This document shows positions 1-12,900 of a stretch of DNA of 48,076 bases, one piece after another. The notes beneath the pieces were generated by a model. The model was not told where the DNA came from. It saw only the letters and a program-made list of their open reading frames with translations, and did not search any database. The stretch's first letter is position 1. Every line of letters starts with the position of its first letter. Source of the DNA: Macrostomum lignano (lineage: Eukaryota). A program made the position numbers and the translations under genes. Location: the NCBI GenBank assembly GCA_002269645.1, contig NIVC01004297.1:1-48076 (forward strand), given 5' to 3'.

Positions 1-224
1 TCCAGATGATTAATAGCGATGCTGTTCATCGATTGATGAGCTGTGTGGTCGGACTAGGATTAACTTCCGTTATACTGGTGAGTGACGCTTGCCGGAAAAT
101 TCCGGATAATCAAAAGATAGGCAAAAAATAGAATGTCGCCATGACGCAAAACGAAAACAGATAAATTGATGTCAGTGGCCAGCGGTGGCGCCTGACCAAA
201 ACAGGTGTCAGCGTGGTGTTAAAA

Positions 225-3200
225 ATGGGCATCAATGTACGTGGCGTTAAACTGCAAACGTGCGTTGAAGGCACCAGCCACGAGGACTCGAAACCATTCC
301 TTCCTTATCCATTCTCCCAGACTCCCGAGGTCGACGCTTCATCCACCACGCCGCCGAGTCGGCAGCGCAACCCTCATCAGAGTGTTCCTGACCAGCGGCC
401 CGCTGAACGTGCAGGACGCCGACGGCTGGACGCCGCTGCTCCGAGCAGCTGATCGAGGCCACACTCAAGTAATCGAAATTCTCAGCCAAGAGTCCTCGGT
501 GAACATGCCGAAGACTCCGCGACCGGAGATCATGTCCGCGCTACACCTGGCAGTCCGGGGCGCCATTGCGACTGCGTTGACGCGCTGCTGGCGCGGGGCG
601 CCTGTCCCGACATGCTGGCTGGCGGAGGCGAGACGCCGCTGCACCTGGCCGTGGAGTCCGGCTGCCTGCACTGCGCCCTGGCGGTTCTGGAGCGCGGAGC
701 CGACCCCCGCTGCGTGGACGTCTACGGGCAGACGCCGCTGCACCTGGCCGCTAAGAGGGACAACGTGACCATGGCCGATTGTCTGCTGAATGCCGGAGCC
801 GAGCCCTGCGCCAGGGACACCAACGGAAAGTCGCCGCTGCATCAGGTGAGCGTGTTCTACAAATTGGCGCAAGTCTTCTTCTAGATTTAGAGGCCTCCAT
901 CCTTGAAATAGCCTCCGTTAGTGACAGAATGTCAGGTAAATCGCTGACAGAATCGCTAACCAGTGTTCAAAACCTTGACTTACCAGTGACCGAAAATCTC
1001 TCGTCAGTGGCAAAAGACGTCTAGCTTCTAAGCCAGTGCCAGAACCCCAGAACCTCGTACCAGTGCCAGCATTTTATCTAAAAGTGCTAGAACCTCGTAT
1101 TATACATGTACATTTACCTTGGCCGGAACCTCAGTCACTGAACAAGCCCTCATCAATCTCATTCATTTCCCCAATCCGCAGGCCATCTTAAACGATCGCT
1201 GGGTCATGGCTGACTACCTGCTCGCACAACCTGGCGTCGATGTCAACTCCGCCGATCATCAGGGCGTCAGACCGCTGCATCTGGTCATCATTCGTTGCGC
1301 CGGCAGCTCCGGGATGCTCTTGGCCAACGCTGGTCAGGCAGCGTCGGCATCAGCTGCAACCTCGACAGCTGCAGCTCCGACGATCGAAGCTGCTCGCATT
1401 GAACTGCTTGAGAAGCTGCTGGCTCAGGGCGCTGATGTGAGTTCAAGGGTGATCGATAATGGAAAGTGTTAGATCGGCGTTGAAGACATTCGCAGCTGAT
1501 TTTATTCGACTACAAAACCGCCCAATATGACGCCAAAACGCAAAACTACTCAATATACGACTACCACTGAAAAACACATTTAGCTACATGAACGCTCGTA
1601 CACAGAAAACAGTAACGCAATACCTTTCTCAAACGACGTGGTTTCTAGGGCAAAGGGTGACTCATGGTCTCTGAATCACTTCCTCCCTTCCCCTCTGTCT
1701 GCATGAGACTACTTAAGCTTAATATTTCGTGTACTCCAAAAGGGCGTCGCCGCTCAAGCACAGCCCAATCCTCTAGTGCTTGCTACCTTCAGATTCAGGA
1801 GTGAGCGAGTGGGCAACCAACTGCCCGTCAACTTAACTGAATCATTGATTTGACGCTCTGCGAATCCAGAAATCAATATCGCTGATTGGAATTTCTTAGC
1901 CATAATATAGTCTGCACGGGGACAGGGGGTAGAGTGTGTGTCTGAATTTCGCGTTAAAGTATCGGGGTTCGATTCCACATTAATTTGGGAATTGTGCACT
2001 CAAATTAACCAGCTGGCTTGTCGTGAGATTCACGACCCCTAAGGCACAATCGAGAGTTTACATGCCTGACGATCAGAAATTCAAGGCCTCTGGAGCCTGT
2101 ACAACCCTGTGTATGTTCCAGGCTCGATTCCTATAGTGCAGTCACGTTAAGTTGGGTCTAACTTGGAATCTCGGCTTGGCTCTGCTCGTGCCATTAACGC
2201 CCTAAGGAACAGTAAAGTCTACATGCCTAACGATATATCACGTTGGGCCGCTATAAACTCCTGTGTGTGGCTGTGCTTATGATTGCGTACGTATCCTTGC
2301 GCTTATGTGCCTACTCAGGGGAGTCGGCGGAAGTGGCAGTAATGCCTCTCGCCGGTTGTGTGACAATTTCGCATAAAGTATACCAGAGTGCACATAGCCC
2401 CTGCTTCTAATAGAAAAATTACATTCTGTGGGATTACATGCTCAACTGGTGCATGACTGTTAGTTCGCTCTTCGATTTGAAAGCAGGCGTCTTCTGCACC
2501 TGTACCTCTTCTGTCAACCTAATCAGGTAAACGCGCTGACAGACGAGGCTGGCGAGTCGCCGCTCTCCTTGGCGGTGACCTCCGGTAGCGAGGCTCTGGT
2601 CCGCCTTCTACTAGCCAACGGTGCCAGCGTCTTATCCGCTGACAAGAACGGCGCGAGCCCGCTGCACCGAGCGAACCTCTTGACCACTTCGTCTAGGAAC
2701 TCGATCCTGTCCGCGCTGATTGAGCACGGCTGCGATGTGAACTCCTGCGACAAATTTGGTTATTCACCAATTAGTAAATGCGTCTTCCAGCTCATGGTCG
2801 ATCGGATAACGCAAGCCGACTGCTTCGAGGGACTGCGGCTCATGGTGCGGGCTGGGGCCACGCTGGGTCCCCTGCGGCGGCCTCAAGAGCAGCAGCAGCA
2901 GATGCAGCAGGTACTTACTTTGCACCTTGCTTTGTACCAGCAATATTTGATTAGATACTAGTAGATTGTTTCGGAAGAGTGCTTGCGGTAGAGTAGCCTG
3001 CCAAATTGTCTCGGTAGAGTGTCTGAGTAGAGTAGCTGAGTAGAGCGTCTAAGTAGAGTGTCTGAGTAGAGTGTCTGAGTAGAGTAGCTGAGGAGAGTGT
3101 CTGGGTAGAGCAGCTGAGTAGAGTGTCTTAGTAGAGTAGCTGAGAAGAGTAGCTGAGGAGAGTGTCTGAGTAGAGTAGCTGAGTAGAGTGTCTGAGTAGA

Positions 3201-4665
3201 GTAGCTGATTAGAGTAACTGAGGAGAGTGTCTGAGTAAAGTAGCTGAGTAGAATGTCTGAGTAGAGTGTCTGAGTAGAGTAGCTGAGAAGAGTAACTGAG
3301 TAGTGTGTCTGAGCAGAGCAGCTCAGCAGAGCGGTGTGTCGCTGTGACCAGGCTGCTGCTCAATCCGCCCCATCCCGCACATCGATCCCGCCCAGCAGCA
3401 GCCCGCTCGCCAGCTGAACTCGCCCATCGTGTTCCTGGCGTGGCGCGGCCACTGGCCCGGCGTGATGTTCCTAATCCGGTGCGGCTGGCGCCTTCAAGAC
3501 GACGCCAATCTGCTCTCGGTGCTCACCGCGTCCGCCGGCTCGCTGCTGCCGCCCGACCCCGTCAGGGAGCGGCTGGCCCGCTGGGTGGAGGCCGCGTGGC
3601 TGCGCCGGCCGGCTACTCTGGCGCACCTGTGCCGCGCATCCGTGCGGGAACACCTGGGCGGAGTGCTGGCGGAACAGGTGAGGATCTGGGACAGGGGTGG
3701 GGTGTGACTAGGATCCGAGGTATTAGGATATATAGGATTTGGGGATCTAGGATTTCGATCTTGGATGTCGGCATCTCACAAAAAATTCTCACAAAAGATT
3801 CAGTATGAACTTAACAGACCCAGATGCGACCCCAGTATTTATAATTTGGGATTTGGGTTTTGGCATTTGGAATATGGGATTTGGAATATAGGATTTGGGA
3901 TTTGGGATCTGAGATATGGGATTTTTATTGTAGGATATGTGATTTGGGATATGAGATTTTAGATTGGATTCGGAATATGGGATTTGCGATTTGGGATAAG
4001 GGACTAGGAATCCAGGAACTTGAACCTATGAGCAAGAGTTATGTGTGTTACTGTGGGTTCGTACTTTAAGCTTGCCAAGTACGAGATGCTGAGGATTACG
4101 TCTTGTCACAGGGGGGCCGTAGCCCAGCGGTAGCGCAGCTGCTCTGGTGTGCCAGCGACCCAGGCTCGATTCCAAGTGCAGTCACATTAATTTGGGGCTG
4201 AATTGGAATCTCGGCTTGGCTCTGCTCGTGCAATTAACGGCCTTGAGAGCCAACCCCCCAAGGCGCAGTGAAGTGTACATGCCTAACGATAAAATAAAGT
4301 TAGGGCCGCTGTACACTCCTGTGTGAGTGTGTGCCTGCGTACGTATCCGCGCGCTTGTGTGCCTGCTCAGGGGAGTCGGCGGAATGGGCAGTAAATTGCC
4401 TCTTGCCGGTTGTGCGGCAATCGCTTAAAGCGCGCGCCAGGGTGCACCCAGCCGCCTGCCAGCTCTAACTCAAAAACAAAACCCCTCAATCCTGCCGCAG
4501 AAAATCAAGCAACTGCACCTGCCAATCAGTCTGAAATCCTACCTTCTCTACGAGCCCGAGTGTCGGGCCTTTGAGGACACCTCGATGCAGGACTTTGACG
4601 AAGACTTCAGCGACTGTGACGCCGATCCAGAAGTCGAGGCTGAAGCCGGCACGTCCAACGCTTGA
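225..4665 (+). CDS. Ankyrin-repeat and SOCS-box containing protein (ASB-like), ~10 ankyrin repeats; frameshifted as assembled (sequencing error or pseudogene)
   Basis: Exons ~225/321-845, 1182-1436, 2527-2910, 3352-3677, 4501-4665 with GT-AG ends and matching phases. Ankyrin motifs GWTPLLRAA, GETPLHLAV, GQTPLHLAA, GKSPLHQ|AI, GESPLSLAV, GASPLHRA. SOCS box PATLAHLCRASVREHLGG..|KIKQLHLPISLKSYLLY, stop TGA 4663-4665. Frame must shift near 358-362, 559-563 and ~3408 (possibly also ~316). The 5' end is uncertain. Confidence 0.85.
1945..2410 (+). mobile_element. tRNA-derived SINE, 5'-truncated copy (2118-2410) preceded by a diverged related head (~1945-2115)
   Basis: 2118-2410 aligns by eye to the copy at 4111-4465 (CCAGGCTCGATTCC, TTGGAATCTCGGCTTGGCTCTGCTCGTG, ACATGCCTAACGAT, CAGGGGAGTCGGCGGAA). 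An upstream segment has a B box GGTTCGATTCC and ACATGCCTGACGAT. Confidence 0.75.
2985..3325. repeat. 13-bp minisatellite (GAGTAGAGTAGCT / GAGTAGAGTGTCT) in an ASB-like intron
   Basis: About 25 degenerate tandem units visible directly. Confidence 0.95.
3705..4015. repeat. Degenerate GGATTT/GGGAT-rich simple repeat in an ASB-like intron
   Basis: Recurrent GGATTTGGGAT/GGATAT units. Confidence 0.8.
4111..4465 (+). mobile_element. tRNA-derived SINE, near full length (~350 bp)
   Basis: Head GGGGCCGTAGCCCAGCGGTAG (A box) and GGCTCGATTCC (B-box-like), then a body shared with three other dispersed copies in the window. Confidence 0.8.
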
Positions 4666-6972
4666 CTTTTGAATCTCTCTGGCCCAGAGAAACCCTGGGA
4701 AGGGCGCGCAGCTTTCACAGTTTTTTGCTGTCATCAGCGAGATAATGGAAGTTTTCTGATGTTTTGTAGCACCAAATATCTAACCTGTGCACTCAGAGAT
4801 GCACTCAAAAGTTTATCGAGAAAAAATTGAAAAGCATCGTTGAAGAGCGGCAACGTAACGTAAAACTACCCTGATGCAGAGAAACTCGAATTTCTAGTCA
4901 ATCATTATTAACTGCTCTGCAGGATTCTGTAACTCATCAACTGCTAAAAAGGAAGTTAGACAAGAAGCAATACAATTACTACTTTTAGTGATACGTAACG
5001 CTTCATTTTGACGTTTTATTTTTCCTGCGATCTCATGAGCAATGGTGTATACGATGTTACGATTTTCGTATTTTTTAGCTGAAAAATGTTATTATCATCT
5101 GCATGGTACCACAGTCACAGTCGTGCCGAAAACTGCATGGTTCGATTCCTACTAGCGCGAACTAAAATAGACACATGTAATTTGAGACTTGTCCAAGAGG
5201 GCGGACCTGTTACTGATTATTTTGTTATAGTCTGTCAGTTATTAGTGTTGTAACCGTCTTTGATTAACGTATTGATGAAGCTAAAATATAACATGATACA
5301 TGACGAAAATAATTTTTTTCTCTCTTTTAGTTCAAAATTGTATTTATAAAATCCGCTATTTCACTAGAGGCTATAATATAATTAAATTCATTGTTAGCAC
5401 ATACGATTATTTTATTTGGCTGTTTCTCATTTATTAAACCCACTGTCTGTTGAGCAGATAGCTAGTGCGAGTTCTTAGGCCACATATGTTAGTTGCTTGT
5501 TTCTATATGAACTGTTCTTTAAACAAAAATCAAAGTATAGCTACATAAATTATTTTATCGAGTGAAACCATTTTTCATGATTAATTTATCAAAAATTAAC
5601 TGTATCGGATTTAGTATTTTAAATATTTTTGTTGTTTTCATTCAAAATTCATTTAGCTAAAGTTATTCAAATTCAACTTTGAACTCAAAATAGAAATGTC
5701 CTACATTTTATAATTTGTTACTTGTTAGTAAAAAACTAAAAAATTTCCCAAAACTGATTGACGTAAAACTAGCTTATATTATTGATGAATCTAAATATGT
5801 TTATTAATAAACATACCGGTAAATAAGGATTTGGCATGATGCAGCTTTAGATATAGTGGTTATTCGTACTGTACCCTTTTAAATCCAGAAAATCCAGAAT
5901 TAAAAATGAAGTCAATTTTTTTTCATTTTGATGCTTCAAAAAATTATCTTTAGACAGCCGACTTCAATAACTAAAAAACGTTTGTTTTAAAGAAATCATT
6001 TTTAGAATAGGCACAATGACAACTAAAACCAGTGATTGGATAGCTAATAAAGAGACTATATTGTCTTTTGGCAAAATATAGGCAAAGTAAATGAAATAGA
6101 AAAAAATAACTATAGAAAAAATTAATAATACCAGCAGCAACTAATTTTTAAAATGATTTTAAATATCAGACAGTATATCTGATTCTTGTGCATGCTAAAT
6201 AATATTTAACTGTTACGGTTTGACAATGAATATTTTATTTGATTAAACAAACCGGCAAAATAATCGTTACAAATTACTGAATTTAGCTACAATGATAAGT
6301 TACAGTTCTATGTATATAGTATAGAAAACTTTTTTCATTGGACACTCGTTAATTTGGATAAAAAAAGGCAAATGAAATTAACAAAAAATTCACAATTGAA
6401 AAAGCGATCAACAAAGAATGGTCTAAGATTAATTTACTGAGCAAACTGTTTTCGGATACAAATGATGAAGAAAAGACCAGCCAAATGTACGCTAAATATA
6501 ATGGCAGTAGGAAAGGTGTACAAGCAGCGTCTTTTGTTGTACAATATAATGTCAAATAAAAACTATAATAAATACGCTCGTAATGAAGTAGAAATTTCTG
6601 AATAAAAATTAGTAATAAACATTACTAAGCATTGAAACCACAGAAACCTTCTGTGATTGAAACTTTACCCCACTCATGCTGCATGATCACGAAAAGTTCA
6701 GAGAGAAATGGAAATCTACAAGCAGTGTAAGAGCTTTTTAAATATTTATTTTAAAACAAAAATTTTCAAAAGTTTTCAGCAGCAAGGATATAAAAACATA
6801 CACACTATAATAATTTCAGTAAATGTACAGCGGATTATAACCAATAGTAAAATTCTAAACAGTAAAACTAAAATATTAAATATGAGAAAACAACCTAAAA
6901 TACCCATATTAAGTGTGAATAAACAAGATTTTTTGGCTTTGAAATCGTTCAGTTGTCCGTTATACTCGTATT

Positions 6973-9900
6973 TTAGTCTCTAAACGTAATCTCTTCGACG
7001 CACTTCTTAGCTCTTTCTCGACAGGCCTCGGGCAGGTAGTCGAATTCCGTAATCATTTTAACACCGTTCAATAGCTCCTCGTCGCGTTTCCGTTTGAGCA
7101 GCAGGTCGGCCAGTCTAATCAAATAAACGGACGCCTCCTCATCTGGCACTCCGTCACCCATGGTGGCCATCATTCCTATAGCCAGGCCGACCGCTTCCAT
7201 TATGCTAGGCCGATCCCAGGGCCTCGAACGCAGGCTAACATTGCCCATTAGAACGTATGCACAGTCTAGCAGGCGGCGGAACATCACAGGCCGATCCCAG
7301 CCAATTTGGATCAACTCTTCTAGGCCGTCGATCACCTGGATGCGCAAGAAAAGAATGGGCGGGAGTTGAGGGATGACTTTTAGGGAGTGGACGAAAGGGC
7401 CATGTACATTTAGGGACGAGATTGAGCGTGTGTACAATGGGGGACGAGATTAAGCGCGAGTGTACATTGGGGAACGAGATTGAGCCTGTGTACATTGGGG
7501 GACGAGATTAAGCCTGTGCGTACATTGGGGGACGAGATCGAGCCTGTGCGTACATTAAATCAGGAACGAGATTGAGTGAGAGAACATGGGGAACAAAATT
7601 AGCTGTGCATGCACGCTCGTACGCTGCATAAGTGCAATATGTTGAGAGCAAAATACGAGTTTATGAAACTAACAATGCACATTAAAGACGGCCTCTGCCT
7701 GTAAATTAGGCGCCTGTACATTACATCAAGCTCACCCTATTAGACGTAATATAAAAGCGCACTCACATCTTTAAAGTGTCTCTCTTCGTTTAGCCGATAA
7801 GCGAGCTTAGGGCACTGGACCAGCTGCCGGAACAGCCTGTATTGCAGCTCCTCAATGCGATCGCTATACTCCACAGTGATTGGCTCCGAGAACAACTTCA
7901 TCATGAATTCCGGGAAGTTAATCCGATTGCAAATCATTCGACAGACGTCCGTCTTTTCGCAGACCATGCACATTACCTCCATTGACAGGACGCGCATAGC
8001 GCCTGGGTATTTGTTTGGTTCGCGTATCATTTCAACGGATATGTCGATAATGTTGGGCATTTGAATGTAGCGAATAACAGTGTCGCGACAGTCCGGCATG
8101 ATTTTGAGGCCCATCGACCAGAGGCCCATCATTACGTAGAGCTCGTGGTGCGTCATTTCTTTCAGCGGCGTGCGTACAATTCTTGGTATCGAGCGATGTC
8201 GAATCTAAAGATTGTTCAGTGGTGGAATGAGATTTGAATTTGAATTTGCTCTTAATCTACAAGTGGGGAAGTGGATCCCGAAATCCAATTGAAATTGAAT
8301 CTGGATCCTGGGGTCACAGAAATCTGATATTTTTGCATAAATAAACTTCCAACCTTCTATTCCTACCATCTCCAACTATAAAGCGTACTTTATCACTGCT
8401 ATTGATTGACTGTCTCACCAGGCCCCCGCCGCTACAGCCCCACTCCATATATTCCTACCCCTTTAACTGCATTTTATCACTGCTGTTTATCATCGACTGT
8501 TCGCCTGACCACCCCCTCCCCACCCGCCGCCACAGCCCCAATACATACATTCCTACCCCTTTAACTGCATTTTATCACTGCTGTTTATTATTGACTGTCT
8601 CGCCTGCCCAACCCCCCTCCCCACCCGCCGCCACAGCCCCAATACATACATTCCTACCCCTTTAACTGCATTTTATCACTGCTGTTTATTATTGACTGTC
8701 TCGCCTGCCCAACCCCCCTCCCCACCCGCCGCCACAGCCCCAATACATACATTCCTACCCCTTTAACTGCATTTTATCACTGCTGTTTATTATTGACTGT
8801 CTTGCCTGCCCAACCCTCATTCCCCACCCGCCGCCACAGCCTTAATCCATACATTCCTAACCCCTTTACCTGCATTTCATTACTGCTATCACTGCTGTTT
8901 ATTGGCTGTCTCGCCATCCCAACCCCCCCTCCCACCCGCCGCCACAGCCCCGATCCATACATTCCTTCCTATCCCTTCTAACTGTATTTTATCACTGCTG
9001 TCTAGTAAGGACTGGATGAGCGACGGTTATTATAATTTCTATTCAATCAATTAGAAATTTCTTATCACCAACTGACCAGCATATCAAAGCCGCCCTTCTC
9101 TTTAAATTTGGTGTACAATTCTGTGCCGCGTTTATCCGCCACAGCTTCGCCTAGACAGTGGAAAGCACCGGCAAAGAACAATTGGGGGGCGTCGAACCAT
9201 TCCTGGCCGTTAAATAGGTTTAGGAGTTGCTCGGCGTCAGCGATTCGCTCCGGTGTGGGACCGAATTCTGCGTTGCAATGAATGTTTTGCTTTTTTCGGT
9301 TAAAATGATGACTACGGGGTAGTTGATTGATAAGATCTGGTGTTTGCTGGTCTGGGCAGTGTGTATATTGGGACACTGGGGGTAGAGTGTTTGCTGGTCT
9401 GGGCAGTGTGTATATTGGGACATTGGGGGTAGAGTGTTTGCTGGTCTGGGCAGTGTGTACATTGGGGGTAGGGTGAGTGTTTGCTGGTCTGGGCAGTGTG
9501 TACATTGGGGGTAGGGTGGGTGTTTGCTGGTCTGGGCAGTGTGTACATTGGGGGTAGGGTGGGTGTTTGCTGATCTGGGCAGTGTGTAGATTGGGGGTAG
9601 GGTGGGTGTTTGCTGGTCTGGGCAGTGTGTACATTGGGGGTAGGGTGGGTGTTTGCTGGTCTGGGCAGTGTGTACATTGGGGGTAGGGTGGGTGTTTGTT
9701 GACCGGGGCTCTGACTCACCATCGGTCTTATTGAATTGGCTCTCGTATTGCTCTAAAAAGTGCCTACATGCGGCATCGAACAGCTGGCCGGGGTTATCGT
9801 GCAGCCTACGCATCTCTAGCGCAGTGGCCGCGGCTCGCGCCCAACGACGAGTCTCAGCAGCGCGACCGCTGTTGAGCACCTGGTTAACCTGTAAAATCAG

Positions 9901-12900
9901 GTAGGGTGAAGACGGGTAAAAATAAATTGACAGTGTAACAATTACGGTAAGGGCGTTAAGAATTGAAAGCAGATTTATCAGAAGAAGTATTAAAAAAAAG
10001 AAGAAGAAGTATTAAAGCTTCCAGGAAGTTTTAAATACGACAATCAGGCCCTTGAAAAACTTTATTTTAGTTCTAGATCGGTGAAAAAACAAACCCTGAA
10101 ACTATGGAAGAATCAGGTCCTGAAACAATGAAAAAGTCAGGCCCTGAAACTATGGAAGAATCAGGCCCTGAAACTATGGAAGAATCAGGTCCTGAAACTA
10201 TGGAAGAATCAGGTCCTGAAACTATGGAAGAATCAGGCCCTGAAACAATGAAAAAGTCAGGCCCTGAAACTATGGAAGAATCAGGCCCTGAAACTATGGA
10301 AGAATCAGGCCCTGAAACTATGGAAGAATCAGGCCCTGAAACTATGGAAGAATCAGGCCCTGAAACTATGGAAGAATCAGGTCCTGAAACAATGAAAAAG
10401 TCAGGCCCTGAAACTATGGAAGAATCAGGCCCTGAAACTATGGAAGAATCAGGCCCTGAAACTATGGAAGAATCAGGTCCTGAAACTATGGAAGAATCAG
10501 GTCCTGAAACTATGGAAGAATCAGGCCCTGAAACTATGGAAGAATCAGGCCCTGAAACTATGGAAGAATCAGGCCCTGAAACTATGGAAGAATCACGCCC
10601 TGAAACTATGGAAGAATCACGCCCTGAAACTATGGAAGAATCAGGCCCTGAAACTATCGAAGAATCAGGCCCTGAAACTATGGAAGAATCAGGCCCTGAA
10701 ACTATGGAAGAATCAGGCCCTGAAACTATGGAGGGATCATGTCCTGAAACTATGGAGGGATCATGTCCTGAAACTATGGAAGAATCAGGTCCTGAAACTA
10801 TGGAGGGATCATGTCCTGAAACTATGGAAGAATCAGGCCCTGAAACTATGGAAGAATCAGGTCCTGAAACTATGGAGGGATCATGTCCTGAAACTATGGA
10901 AGAATCAGGCCCTGAAACTATGGAAGAATCAGGCCCTGAAACTATGGAAGAATCAGGCCCTGAAACTATGGAAGAATCAGGCCCTGAAACTATGGAAGAA
11001 TCAGGCCCTGAAACTATGGAAGAATCAGGCCCTGAAACTATGGAAGAATCAGGCCCTGAAACTATGAAAAAGTCAGGCCCTGAAACTATGGAAGAATCAG
11101 GCCCTGAAACTATGGAAGAATCAGGCCCTGAAACTATGGAAGAATCAGGTCCTGAAACTATGGAAGAATCAGGTCCTGAAACTATGGAAGAATCAGGCCC
11201 TGAAGCTATGAAAATCTAGCTGAAACTAATAAAGCGGTGTAGACCCTAAAAAAACACAATCCAATTGAAGCATTAAATCGTAACCATACACGTTTAAGTC
11301 CAACTAACCATTTCGCCGATCGCGTTGCACTCGGTCAGTATCTCGTCGGTTTGCGGCAAGTCCATCAGCAGCATAGACATGCAGCCAAACATGCGGCCCA
11401 TGGCCAACGTACCCTCGGGCGACACCTCGTCTAATAGGTTCTCAATGGCCGTGCGACAAGCCTCGACTAATCCAGGCTGACGCATTAAAGCCTCTCGAAT
11501 GCAATAGTGCTGGCATAGACTGAAATCAATTTAGCTTTACTATTAATGATCTGACAACACTCCTTTGACATCTTGAGTGCTAAGCCACCTATCTGCCTCT
11601 CACTCCTAAACCACCCCTAAGCATTTTCATGTTTTTAAAATTCAACTCTTTCGAGAAGGTCAATTTCCAGATTCTATAGACCCGCAAAGGTCAAACAATC
11701 GAATTTGACGATGAGAGAAGTTTTGAGCTAATAAAAAAAACGATCCTGTTTCAGAGGTTGGATTTCATTTGCATTTGTTGTGCAAAACATTAATAAGCTA
11801 CTATTCCAGAAAAAAGAATACTTCTTCGCGTCTACCGGTAGATTTCAAGCCTAAATCATTCTCTCTCAGTCCAACAATCGCTACGGTAGCTATACTCACC
11901 GGTAAGCAGCGTTGCAAAACTCCCCAAACGATTTCGGATGCTCACTTCCGTTAACAAGACCCTCTCGAATGGCTTTGGCAATGTAGTCAATTTTCTTAGA
12001 GTCCTGATCAATCACGCGAACGTAGAACCTTGGACACAGCGCTATGGTGGCCACGAGTTTGTAGGCCTCGGCACGGGCCAGATCGGATTCGCCGCCAGTT
12101 CTTAGCATGAGATGCATATTGGCTCGAATTTTGTTGCTACCAAATATGCCGTAGTCGCTATCGAACAATGCAGTCTCAGTCAAGTCGTACTTGTTGCACA
12201 TCAGCTTGCAAACGTTCGGATCGGAGAGCACACCGATAGCGTATTGAATGCCTTCAAGGCTGACATCTTCCAGCATACGCTTCTCGGTGCACACCATTTC
12301 GAATACGTTGTCAATGACGCCGCGGACTTGCAACGAGCGCACGGCGTTGTCTTTGAAGTCGCGAGAGGCGTGCTTGCACAGCGTGTAGGCAGATTTTAAC
12401 ACCTGGGATTGGTTGGCATGTAGGTTGTTAGTGGAACTAGTATCTTCTGTTGCCTGTTACTAGTGCATTATGTTCTCAGATTGACTGAAATAATGCACTG
12501 TACGAACTTTTTCTGAGGAAAATACGTAATATTGAAACTAAAAAATGTAAATTTCCACGGCTTTTCTACGCCTTAATAATTTAGTGAGTGAGCCATTGTC
12601 GGCTTTTTAGGGCCTGGTGCACTTTGGGGCTGGCCGCTGGACTTTGGCGTGCCCCTTCCCTGCCGTGCACCCTGCCCCGTGCTCTGTGCTGGTTGGCTGC
12701 GGCCAGCCCTGCTGTGGCACGAGGGCTGCGCCCTGCCCCGTGCTCTGTGCTGGTTGGCTGCGGCCAGCCCTGCTGTGGCACGAGGGCTGCGCCCTGCCCC
12801 GTGCTCTGTGCTGGTTGGCTGCGGCCAGCCCTGCTGTGGCACGAGGGCTGCGCCCTGCCCCGTGCTCTGTGCTGGTTGGCTGCGGCCAGCCCTGCTGTGG

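Noticed and set aside
6-77. Possible exon MINSDAVHRLMSCVVGLGLTSVIL with CAG/GTGAGT ends
   Set aside because: Plausible splice signals, but it cannot be connected confidently to the ASB-like gene or identified at the window edge.
2065-2085. CTGACGA...GAAA hammerhead-like core in the diverged SINE head
   Set aside because: No stem II or stem III pairing, and the other SINE copies read CTAACGA.
4111-4185. tRNA gene (also ~28315-28388)
   Set aside because: Only A/B boxes are retained, the acceptor stem is incomplete, the anticodon region differs between copies, and the sequence continues into a SINE body.
6380-6700. Plus-strand peptide SQMYAKYNGSRKGVQA resembling a hAT transposase motif
   Set aside because: A single short motif in AT-rich DNA with stops on both sides and no TIRs; too weak to call.
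10104-11219. 371-aa (MEESGPET)n ORF
   Set aside because: Translation of a 24-bp minisatellite lying antisense inside an intron, with no unique flanking coding sequence.
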